A stretch of DNA of 64,000 nucleotides from Phoronis australis (taxonomy: Eukaryota; Animalia; Phoronida), in the NCBI GenBank assembly GCA_002633005.1, contig NMRA01000551.1, positions 13,635-77,634 of the forward strand, written 5' to 3'. The number at the start of each line of letters is the position of its first letter. Positions within the stretch are counted from its first letter, which is position 1. Below, piece by piece: positions 23,602 to 35,700 of the stretch. The notes below the pieces were generated by a model. That model was not told the origin of the DNA. It searched no databases and saw nothing but the letters and a program-made list of their open reading frames with translations. A program made the position numbers and the translations under genes.

Positions 23602-24639
23602 GTTTGCGAAACTAAATGGGGCGTCGTACTAGCTCAAGTGACAAGACACCGGCACTGCTCCGTATCCTCGCACGTCATCCGGCAAATCTTACTCTCATTT
23701 AAATCACGGGCATTGGCCGTGAGAAATGAGTTGATAAGATTCAAATTAAACGCACACGACAAGAACAACATTCAGTGGAACTATATTGTACTGCAGGAGG
23801 TGACAGGATGTCACTTTCTGATTGGCTAGTTTAAAATTTTGGGATAAGGTTTGTGTTGATCTTATCTTAATACGACTATAACTCAAAGGATCATTGCCTG
23901 CCTGTTACAAAATAAATCTTTACATGATAACGGCTTGTCAGATAGACGTTTATCTCTTTTCATAGCAAAGGCGTTGTGTTTTTACCCTTCGACACAATAG
24001 AAAAAGGACAAGTGAAGTTTCTAAATTACTTTAAACGTTGTAAAAGCATGTTTTCAGTCAGAAATCTGAAAATATTTATCTTTAATAGGATGAAAATGGA
24101 AGTAAAAAAGTCAATTGATGGAATGCGAAAAAATCGACGAAGGTTGATAGTTAGTTATCTAGTGTTGTTTTCTCCAGATATCAGTAAGTAAGAGGCGAGT
24201 AGGCTTTAATCCGCCAATGCTTTTAACGCGCCATTGGAAACTTAAAAGTTTGCGTTTCGGTCGTTTTTGGGTCCAGGTTCTAATCTCCACAAGTTCCGAC
24301 TCGACTCAAAGAGCGCAAGCAACAAAATCAGGCTCATCCTGGTCCTAACATGATTTCAAGGCTTAAAAAGAACTTATTCGATTTGACTATCATTCGAAAA
24401 AAAACAGGCCCGCCCGGTTGAACTCTGCCTCATTCAACACCCTATCGGTCATGCAGGGTTGAACACTGTTTCATTCAACCCCTAGCTCTGTCGATATGAA
24501 AGTTGTACTAAATTGGGTTTGCTTTGCGAATGTATTAGGGTGTTTCGCTGATGATATAGAATTTAAAGAATTAGTTATAACGAATTGCGTCCAGTTCATG
24601 AGTTACAATTCAGCAATGAAATGAAAGTTATTTCGCGTC

Positions 24640-24887
24640 AACCTAAAAAATTGGGGGGGCTCGAATTTTTGAGAATGTGGACCTTTTATCAAGATTCACG
24701 GAGTACGTTCAGAGCTATGTACTGTGCATTCACCGAGTTTTGGTAGTTCCTGCCTTTTTAGTGGACTTTTGTGTCATTTTCTACTTTTTTCGGAGGTTTT
24801 TGTCTCTCTGAGGCGGACCTTTTTTGCCCACTTCATCAAATGGGAGCTCGTTCGAGCCCCCCGAGCTTCCCCCTGGGTGCGCGCATG
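24640..24887. mobile_element. Inverted copy of the 9742-10002 MITE
   Basis: Reverse-complement similarity throughout; ends GGGTGCGCGCATG. Confidence 0.7.
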
Positions 24888-26242
24888 GTTTACATGGATT
24901 TGTTGTCAAAGGTTTATAAAATGGTCAAAAACTACTTAGAAGAATTGTCTTTGGTGTGCAAATTGTTAAATATTTTTACAACAGTAGACGCATACTTCAT
25001 ACAGTTTGAGTGCTATATGCAACAATGTGGGAAAACTCATCCCTATAAAATGCCATGGCTTCTTGTCAGTTGATGTAGTTGACATATCCGATAGCAGTCG
25101 TGAGGTTAATCCGCTATTATCGGATTGTTTAGATTCTTTTTCGTCCTTGTCTGTGACGAAACTATTTCGCCAAGGGTACAATTTAGCTGAAACCCAGGGA
25201 TCCGTGACCTATTTAAATATGTTGTGCAGCATACTTGTAAAGACGCCGGAAAACGAGAACGTGATCTAGAAAGCATTACTAAGCAAGACATTGCTGAAGT
25301 GGACTGGGAAATTTTGTTAATTACAGCCTACATGTACGGGTGGCAAAGTTTTTCAAGTTCATGAAAATGAAATTCTATTTTATTCGTTATGGCGACTAAT
25401 TTGTGCAGCACGAGAAATTCAAAGGTAACTTCAACTTTCTTGATTTAAATTAAAAGAGGGAAGAAGGCACCGGCTGCCAAACCCTAATATTAGCTGTGAC
25501 AAATTATTGTTATTATTATTATCTGACTAAAATCTCTCGATATGGTTACTGTAGTAATATCAGTTTTGAGTCAACTAGGCTAAACATTTTTATTCCATGA
25601 TAAGACATTGCTTTCTGGTCACGAAAGTTATCTATAGTAATATTGGCCGTAAACTGCGTGATATTGTGGAGCAACGATGGTAGGATATAACAACTTTCTT
25701 ATTAAATCGCTGTCTATGAAAAAATAATTCAAACTGTCAAAATAGCAAGCTAGATGTCCGCAGCCATTTCACTAGCGAGTCTGTGTTGTCGTTCTCTAGG
25801 ATAGTGTTGGGTTATCAGGTTTGCAAGGTACATGTAGGATCAACTATTATCAAAATCCAAAGCTCAACAATTGATTGCGGGCTATCTCAATCTATTATAA
25901 TGATTTCGCTCTCTTTTCTTTGAAAGGGACTCGCCCTTATTAACAGAACAATTGGTGTTTTAAACAATTAAAGTTGTTATCAATAGTTATTTATCGTGTG
26001 TCCGTTAGATGAACTCGGTCCTCAAGGCACTTGTGAGCTCCATAACAAAAGGTATTGTTCAGGGTAGAGTTCAGTAACGCTGGAACAGTAAGACATCAAG
26101 ATATTGCCGCGTATTTCAATGCGAGCATGTGACTTTAGCTCGAGGCAGCTTTGCCCTGTTTTGCTCATTGTGCGTTGTTAGGTGGTCGCCCTTCGCGGCT
26201 ATTTGGTTTTACCAGGCTAGGATTAGTGAGCAATGCGTTGGA

Positions 26243-26594
26243 CATGGGCGGCGCAGCACTGAATTAAGTGGGGGTTATAGCATTAAAGTGAACCCACAAG
26301 GTAAACGAAATAGAGGCAGACCACGAATGACCTGGAGAAGATGTATCACCGATGACATGGAGAAGTTAGGATACTCGTGGAGACAGCTAGAAGGAATCGC
26401 CCATGACAGAACAAAATGGAAATCTCTGATTCGTGGCCTATACCCTGGTAGAGGTGACAGGCATTGATGATGATAGCCCCCCAGCCCCCTATGCTGCGCT
26501 CCACCCATCTCCATGGGCGGCGCAACACTGAAATAAGTGCATGGGAACTTTGGCGCTCCCCGATCCCACAGCCCCCTATGGTGCGCTGTCCATG
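26243..26594. mobile_element. Two adjacent tiny MITEs (CATGGGCGGCGCA termini), the first interrupted by the RTE
   Basis: Copies at 26243-26508 and 26512-26594 share CATGGGCGGCGCA(G/A)CACTGAA starts and CAGCCCCCTATG-TGCGCT-CCAT ends. Confidence 0.65.
26282..26474 (+). mobile_element. 5'-truncated RTE-clade LINE 3' end
   Basis: NPQGKRNRGRPRMTWRRCITDDMEKLGYSWRQLEGIAHDRTKWKSLIRGLYP is the typical RTE ORF C-terminus. The stop is followed directly by a (TGA)n tail. Possible ATAGC TSD. Confidence 0.85.
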
Positions 26595-28060
26595 ATGGAT
26601 GGCTCGTTTGGTCTTCGGAGCTGTTTCCACGAATAACGCGCTAAGACCACTAACTGGTTCTTGTTACTATACCACTATGTCTGGGGATACCTGACAAAAA
26701 TGCATATCTTACAGAAAGCACACTAGATGGCCTTTCTCATGGACAATGAAACTGAATAATGAAGCCATGCTCTGTGCCTTGAAATGGTATGTCCACCGGG
26801 AAAAAAAAACATTCGAAATGATGAAGAAAATGACGAAAAATTGGTAATTCGGATTTTTTTCTCCAAAATGACAAATCTATAATTTCCCCGGTCCCAGAGT
26901 GGACTGAGGAGACTCCAACGTGTTGACAGCTAGATTCCAGAGATTTAGGCAAAAATACCAACAAGTTTTTTAATTTCCACTCGTCTGAAGGGTACCTGCC
27001 TGTAATTGCAGCAAATTAAAATTTCTACCTGAACAAGCAAATAGTTACTTTCAAAATTGTGGAATTTCCAGATCCGGGCAAAATAGGGTAGAAGCCGTGT
27101 GGATGGACTTTTTTCAAAACAACTCCAAGGACAACTGAACCCATTTGCGGCAATCCCTACGTGTCACGTAATTGAAATCAAACCTGGCTCACCGCGTTGT
27201 TTTTTCATTTTGGCGGGACCTAAAGAGGTCCGAAACGTGGCTTTAGACTTTGAAAATAGACATATTTTCCCAATCTGCTTCACACTTGGTTTGAAATAAA
27301 CAAAAAATAGCAAAACTCAAAATTGATTTCAGGGCATTTTGCCCAAGGCTTGGATGGATTCAGTAAATCAAAAGACGTTCCTGGGAAATCTTTTTTAAGG
27401 ATAATTAAGAGTTAAGGGCAATTAATGAGGTACAGGAAACCAATAGTGCAAGAAACTGGACACGTTACATTCTGAGTATTCGTACGGCGTTAGAAATCAA
27501 GTGAACGTACAAACGATGTATTTTTATGAACAGTTTTTGTTGAACATGGCGTTACATTTATTTTTAATGGTTACTGGTCGGATATAGTTGTCATTGTGTG
27601 TGTGATCGAGTCCTTCCCTATTTGATGTTTTCGTCATGGTGGCCCTTTATGGACCTTCCATGAAGATATCTCATGAGAGACGAAGTACCGGACAATTGAA
27701 ATGTGTATATTCTCATTCTGTGATTCGAAAATGACGCCTGCAATATTGATTTTTAGCTTTTCCCTCTGCAATGACCCTGGGTCAACTCTTACATCAATTG
27801 ATGCCCGACACGAAATCAGCGTTTATCTATTAAGGCTATTAAAAATGAACCGTTGTATTCAACAAAACTTGTTTCAAGGAAAATTTGTTGCCGAAATATT
27901 TTGATTTTATGAATAATGCAAAGACTTAGATTAAAAGGAAAAAATCACTTAAACTGGATTGTGACAAGGTGTTAAAAACCCTAGGTATTACTTGCAAGTT
28001 TTTTTGTTTAGCACCTTCGATTTAAGTTGATAAAATAGAGCATTAGTTTCAGCTTTCGAA

Positions 28061-28483
28061 CCGCGAATTTCCGTAGATAAGCCCATGGGCGTGTATTTGG
28101 AAAATGAACAATTTTAGGCGTTTTAGCCAGGGCGTTTATTCGGAAAAGGGGGCGTGTTAACGGAAAGCCATAGTTTTTCTTGACTTAACACTATTTTACT
28201 TAAAGCCGCGTTTTTGATTTTTTGTTAATAAATGCACAGATCCCCAACACCTTGTTTGTTTTTATAAATCATAAATGCTCCACAAAACTGAATTTGTAAC
28301 AATAAGTTGATGCTGAGTGGGATTTTTAGAGGAAAATTTTTAAATTAACGTCTCACAGTCTGGACACTTGAAACCACAAGTTGTAACACCAAATAAACGA
28401 CCATAGGCGTGTATTTGGCATAATTTTCTGAATAAACGCCCATGGGCGTTTCATGGGGTGGGCTTATCTATGGAAAACCCCGG
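28061..28483. mobile_element. Tc1/mariner(pogo)-like MITE
   Basis: TIR CCGCGAATTTCCGTAGATAAGCCCA / TGGGCTTATCTATGGAAAACCCCGG followed by TA. Internal GGGCGTGTATTTGG repeats. Confidence 0.65.
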
Positions 28484-30341
28484 TATGATGAAATGAATAA
28501 TACTACTGACGCCGGTTACGATTGGCCAGTAATTATAACAAAAATGAGAAATCTCTCAGTTTGTTTGGACGAACTGTAAAACACGAGTTCACGTCCATGT
28601 AAGTGAGTGAGGGAGGGGGACCTATTGAAGTAGGCTAGGTCGTGTTAACACCTTAAATGTGTATCTTCCAAAGAGTTTCTATGGGACTAAATTGATTTAG
28701 TTACCAGACCAGGTAAAAACGAGTGTAAGCGCATTGTAAAACAACTCTATTGACTCACGCATGAGAAATTTGTCGGCTTATCTGTGTGCATGGCTATTTG
28801 TTGCATGTTCGATGTAAATGTTTTCATAGCCTAGGTGACACATGTCTCTAGTTCCGTCCCAACTCGCAATGTGCGATATTCATTTTTCGAAATGTGACCC
28901 TCGATCTTGACGACTACTTCGGCACTGGGTCTTCGTAACAATATCATAAGCCCCCCGAGCACAGCAGAGCACCGGGCCCCACCAACACATCTGCTCATAG
29001 CAATAAAACTCGTGAATTTGCAAACTTCATGAATCATCTAAAAGTTCACGTGTCCAAACATCTCCGCTGTATTCACATACTGTACTGAGGGAATGAATTT
29101 ATTATGGGGCGCTGCTTTCACCATTTTCTTGTTATTGCGTTAGGCATGCCAACCGTGTATCCAGGTATTGCGGTCTGTACATGTATTTGTCTTAAAATGG
29201 CGAAACGGTACTTGATCACTAAAGGATGCCATGAGCTAGTGGACATTGCCTGATTGTTTAGTCACGAATTTTTTTTATTTACTAAGTTATCATTTCATGT
29301 TTCGGGTCTCATCTTCCCTTGGTGAGTCGGTGCACGCGTCCAATGAGCTCATTGGTCGGTCGGTCTGGTAATAATCCTTAACCGTTATAGGATTCTATTT
29401 CCGCTACCCTCAAGAACATCGAAACCGACAGCAACTCAAGAAAGCGCTTAATCCGTTAAGAATCCATCATTGACAGTTCAACATAGGCGAAATATTATTC
29501 GTATTGTTTATTTCCATTGAGCAAAAAAAGTCAATGGCCCACAGTACAATAATAGCGTTCAACCTCATAAAACTTAAACATTCAACACTATTCTGCACAG
29601 CCTTTCAGTATAAATTTTACACTCTTCCATCGAATGAATGAAAATTATCACGGTTAGAAACCGTCAAACACATACGGTGCATAGCGTACATCTTCCTGAG
29701 GTTATGGAATGCATCACAAACAAGAACAAAATGCAATTTGTTTTCAGCACAGTTGATCACTCTCAGAAATGGCGCATTCTAACATCATAGTCCATTATCA
29801 AATGCCTACCACTCTCAACTAATAAAGCCGCAAAATGTCCCTAGGCATCTTCCTTCTTAGCATCGCGGGCTAACTAACAGTATAAATACCAACTTTTTGA
29901 TGGACTTAGGAGAAACAGGACTGAGCTTAATTGCGATGAAATGAACATCACAAAAATGAAGCGGAGCATATTTGAGCGAAAATTGTTAAAAGGACCCGTG
30001 AACTACATATTTAACACTGCAAAACTAAAGAGTTAGGTTTTCTCAAAGCCAAAACCTGATGGAAAAAATATTTTTCTTCAAAATGCCGGCAAAAATCAAT
30101 AATGATTCGTGGAATGATTCCGCTAAGGTTTCCATGTTTTCAAACGCAAGGTCTTCTAAAACGGTTAATGTTAACTTCACATTTGGCGAAAAATTATGTG
30201 GCCTTACTGTCCCGTCCACTTTCATATAAAATGCATGTGAATTGGTTTTTGTTTTTTATTATCAAATAATTGTAGATAAGATGTATGGTTTGATCGAATG
30301 TCTTGCTGAAATGGACAATTGAAATTAATTTAGATTTTTAC

Positions 30342-30389
30342 TGTAAGGAAAGACGTCACAATTTTTAAATTGTGACGTCTTTCCTTACA
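30342..30389. repeat. Perfect 23-bp-arm palindrome
   Basis: TGTAAGGAAAGACGTCACAATTT-TT-AAATTGTGACGTCTTTCCTTACA. Confidence 0.95.
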
Positions 30390-31904
30390 TTTAAAAATGA
30401 TTGTGGATATCAGTTTTTGTCTTTGTAACTCACGCTCCGTGAATAGTTCCTTGTTTGAAAGCGTACGTGTGCATTTGTACAGTCTGTGTGTGTTGTGCTT
30501 GGAGGTATTGTGTAAAACTTTTTAGGTTTCCAATTGTTTTTCATTTAAATTTGTTTCTTGATTTTTGTCATAGACCCAGAGTCTAGTATCTTGTCTTCAT
30601 TGATAATGGACTTTTGTACAGACATTGTCCTAAGTGCAAAAATGACGACGTGCATGATGCATGAAGGACCAAATAGAATTTTTTTAAACCGAGATTGAAA
30701 AATTCGGAAATCTTAGATGTTTTGATTTCTCTTTTTTCAATTTCTCCGAAAATTTGAAAATCAGAAAATTGCGTCAATTTTTTATTTTTCGTTTTGTGAA
30801 GAAGATGAAAAGGGAACACTAATTCCACTTTTAATTTTCCTAACATCAAAGGTTTTGTGCAAAGTTCAAAGTGCAGAGCGATAAATAAGGGGGGATTGAG
30901 CAACATGCTCAGATCTCTTTGGATGTCAACCAGTCAAACGTTTTAGCCGATCAATGAAATGGAAACATTGGTCCGGACCACAGGCCCAGTCAAGTACATT
31001 TAAGGTAATCCTTCTCTGTTGGCTCGTCGCGTCGCTCTAACCAATGAAACGACAGTATTGGCCTGACCGTTGGTAAACACTGTGTGGAAATTGAAAATCG
31101 AAAAAATGGAGACGATTTTGAATTCCTGAACTCTCTGCTTCGCAAGGAAATCGAAAAACGCAATCAACTCGATTTTAGATCTATCGGTGTAAGTTGCAAT
31201 TCTGATCATATTTTAATGAATCAACAGTTGACTCGAATTTCTAATTTTTATTTTTAGATTTTTTGGAGAACATAAAACACAAAAAAAAATAAAATTTGGT
31301 TACATTTTCTAATTTTTTTCAATTTCGTTTTGATAGAAAAATCGAGTTGGTCTTTTCATACACAGACCGACATAAAGAGATTAAAGAAACATATTTATTT
31401 ACTGGGATAATGGATAAAACAATACGTTCAAGAACTGGGCCCTCACGTACAAAACGGTTTTGTGCTAAAAAGATGAAAAGTCAGTAATATGTAACGTAAA
31501 GCAGGCAAAATATTTTGGTCACGTGACATGCTTCGTAAACAAACATAACAGCAGAACTCGGGGTTATTTTTTGACTAGTTATCGTTTTTATAAGTTCCGG
31601 GCTACAAATTACGTGGATGTTTGAAGTCATCATATTCAAGTTCAACAAACAAAGACAGCTTACCGTAAGTCGCGAAAAAGAAGTCATGCGGCTTCGTGTG
31701 ATATGTGCCGAAAGAATCTCGTCATCTATGTTTCATTAGGAAATGGGTAATCGTCAAGAAATTTTTTCTCAAGTGAACGTGTTTCTGTTTTGCAAACATT
31801 TTGGCCTGGTCTGCACGCCACCTGTTGGGCACATCGCGTGGTCTAAAGAACTCGGGACTTTCTACTGAGTGTGCAAACGATCTAGTCCACTAAGATATCG
31901 GAAC

Positions 31905-31976
31905 CACCAGTGATCTAGAGCACTACATGGTTAACAGAAGTCCCGGCTTCGAGTCGCGGTGGGGACAGAAATTTTT
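31905..31976 (+). other. Degenerate tRNA-like / SINE-head sequence
   Basis: A-box-like CAGTGATCTAGAGC, B-box-like GGCTTCGAGTC, then TTTTT. Weak match. Confidence 0.3.
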
Positions 31977-32370
31977 CCAGGTGTATATTTAGGTTGTGAT
32001 ATGTCCAACAGGTATTTGCATTTATTTTGGCCGCCAATTAATCATTTACATATCCGTGTGTCTGTTGTGTTTCGTATTCCCGAATGTCAATAGAACCAAA
32101 ATAATGTGACTTAACAGCTGTGGTCTTCTTCATGATTTACGTTTAAGACATCTTCAATATAATAGCTGATAACACTGAGTTTTGACTCATGGCTGTCAAT
32201 AAGTGGTTCTAAATCACCCAGCTAAATGTATAACTAAAAAAAAAAACAGCACGACGGAAATTCTGTGATTATATCCAAACAGACGTAACGTTAGACATAA
32301 TCAGCGAAACACTGTTCACATCTCTACTATCTTTGCAGGCTGAAGGAACGTCAAAACTGTTGACAAAGGG

Positions 32371-32771
32371 TTATTTAGTCAGAGAGCGCCACGCAACTTG
32401 ATTGTCGCAAAACGTCACCTGGTCGTATTCGCTTTCAGAAGGTTTAATGAGATATTGACCTGAATGACATAGACTGTCGCACATTTGATCACGCGTCTTT
32501 TGCACGTTGGCGGACTCGCTGTAACGCCTGTCCGCTAAGTAACCATGCACGTCTTGGGGAATTTCATAGTCATCATCATTCGGTGGAAACTGGTTGTTGT
32601 TGCCGGTTCCCTGTCCCTCACGTTGCGTAATAGCGTCACGCCCTACTGCGTTGCCGGAATCATTGTAATTATTCACTATGCTCATCTCGTACTCTGAATG
32701 CTCTGCTTCGGCTCGCTTTTCGTCATCATATGAAATCTGCTTCAACGACGAATTGATGAAGGGACGTTTAC
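32371..32771 (-). CDS. Gene B exon 11, distal cytoplasmic tail
   Basis: ttttcacatag|GT. Contains SEYEMS, DDYEIP and SEYDQV; ends RSLTK*. Confidence 0.82.
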
Positions 32772-35700
32772 CTATGTGAAAAGGCCTCGACATAAGATCC
32801 AATCGCATCATTGCACAGTAGAATATATGGTTCATAAGCTATTATCTACTCAAACAACAGACAGGGAAAAAATTGTCAAAAAATTTAAGTTACACGTGAA
32901 AGAATGATGAAATTCATGACCAGTCCAACTGGTTCTTGAAGCAAGTGGCAGGCACGGGGAACATTTGCGTCACTGCAATGTGTTTGCAGCTTGAAGTACA
33001 CTCACCCCTATGCAAACCAACAGGGACTCCACTCGCATCCACACCGGGGCCCCACATTCATTGGTAAAACTTGATACTACGTTGGGCGAGGTGTGAAATT
33101 CTGTTGCTCGGAGTGTGGTCAAAAATTTGTGACCAGGGGGTAGAAATTCGACTGGAGACGACGGAGAGCGGTCAGTTCAAATTATCAGGGAAGCCAAATT
33201 TCCGATAGCTTAGGGATATGAGAAGGTTATGTAGAACCTAAGAAAAACGTCGAAATGTGGCGAACATCGGAGTATCATGGCTCATAAATGGTAATCAGAT
33301 CGATACTTTTTCATACCACTCTTTGTATAAAACGTTGTAAGGAATATCTTTATTTCGGCCTTTGCATAAAAGGCTATCAAAAATGCATTTTAGGACATTG
33401 ATGAAAAATTAAATCGAAACTTGCATTAAACGAAAGCGAAAGGATAAAAATGTAACAGCGTTTCTGAAATTTCATCTTCAACCTAAATTTGATGCCGTTA
33501 CTTTGTTATGAGTGTATCTTTCTTTTTTTTGCTGAATTACTAAAAAGAAATGGTCACGCGACACTATTATTGAAAAATTGGTCTGAAGTTGAAAATCAAA
33601 GTCTACAGTCTTTCTAATTTCAGAAAAACCTGTTTTTGCAGAGTTCTGTACACATTTGGCTTCATGCCAGACTTGTCGATCAGGTAAACATCAAGTTGAA
33701 GTTATACTGCTTCCAAGTATTATCCACATATTCTTGCTCTTACCTTTGTAGGACACTATATGCCCTGGTCCAGGAAGCTTTACACTTGCGTCAGCTCCGT
33801 AATTGTAGAGTGGGTTATCGGTTGTTTCATAGATGTTTTCGTCATTCAATGGAGGCGCCAAGTGTTTCCTAGAATAATGTTGTCATAGTAGTTTTTGTAA
33901 CCGCATTGTTTTAGATAATCAGCGAACCATCTATTAATGAACTGGTTCCCAAAGGCGACTATCAACATGTCAGAACCAGCCGTGAAATGTACCCTCGCGG
34001 TAAACTTGAGAGCAGCGTTGCCCCCCAGCGCTGCTTGTGCTGTCGTTGTCGACTACGGAAGTCGGTCGCGCGCCAGGTGGCGAGACCGTCTCCGGCTATG
34101 CGATGCACTTATTGAATAATTCATGCGTGCGTAGTTTATAGCAATCTCGAGTTGATAGGCTGTCGTTAAACTATTACAGTAACAGGCCATTAAGTGCATC
34201 TCATGCGCGAAACCATGGAGGGGTAGAAAACGAGACAAAAGTCCACTAAAAGGCAGGAACTACCAAAACTCTATGAATGCACAATTCATGGCTCTAAACG
34301 TACCCCGTGAATGTTAGTAAAAGGTCCAAATTGTTAAAAATTCGAGCCCCCCATTTTTAGGCTGGGTGAGCGCATGCTTCTACACAGACATATATTCTGA
34401 AACTTTACCTTCTTTTTGCAGAAACGATAGCTATGAACACAATTATCACGGTAAATAATAGGATGCCGGTGGCCACTATTATCCAAATGTCTGAAAATGA
34501 AAAAAATCTGTATTATCATCGCCCTTTACTGGATCTAGTTTCTGCAGTCAATGTTCAATCGTAAACTTGGAAAAGATTTGTTTAAAATTAAAGTTTTGTA
34601 AACTTTAAATTTTCGATCTTACTGGAGGTTCGATATTTGATCCTGTAAGCAAAAGAAAAACAGAAAAATAAGCCGACGTGTTTCGTGAAGCTATTTGCTA
34701 CTACTTTAAAAAGGAGTTTAGCAACCAATGCTTTGGCGAGTTTTGATTGCATCGTTGTAGACCTGAGGACGAAAAATAGCTCGGATCAGTAAACGTCGCA
34801 TCGTTTAAACTAAACATGAACTCGTCGTCGCAGTGATAAATTGATTTCAAAGGATTTCTCAAAAATGCAAAGCACTTGTAAACAAAACATAGCACCAGCA
34901 ATGAATAAAAAACGTTTTGAGGTTATCGTCATTCATACGCACAAGTGTCATTTTGTTGCTGAGCGCCAATATTCCAAGTCGCACCATTTGTCGTCTGTTG
35001 TACCGCCGTGGTCACATGATAGTCCTTTGTAAATGGCCCTTGCTCAGGAATTTCAGCAGTTTTTTGACGCACGGTTGTTTGCAATGAATTTATTGTCACA
35101 ACCCTCGTGTCACGTGACAATGTAGACCCAGTAGTATAACTAAGAGTATAATTCCCAGTCGTCCATTTTCCGCTGCTCGGAGCCGGAGAACTGTCTAATC
35201 GTGACGTCAGTGATGACGTATACTGCATCTCAGAATTAGTAGATGACTGAATTTCCGCCTTCGTGGTATCTTTCCGTATAGCTGTTGTTGATCTTGTTGC
35301 TGTTGCTTTTGTTGCTGGTGTTGAAGCTGTGGTTGTTGTTGATGGTGATGTTGATGTTGAAGATGAGTTTGTTGTTTCGATTGACATGGTGTCTACATTT
35401 TGTGTGGATGCAGTTTGGATCGTTCCTGCGTCCGTAGTAGTACTTTCATCACTTGTCGTAGACAGCTGCATCGCTTTTGTTGAGGGTGATGTAGCTGAAC
35501 GGGAAGTAAAAATAACTTTGAAAGTAACTGCACAATTTTTTTTCAGCTGTTTGACTGAATAACGCATTTTAACTGACCAAAGGGCTAATCATCAGTCACA
35601 TTCGCACGCATCATCCTATCAAATTGTTATTATGCCAATCCAACATTGACAAATGTTAAAAGATATCAAAAATGTTCACACATATGACTAACACTTCAAC

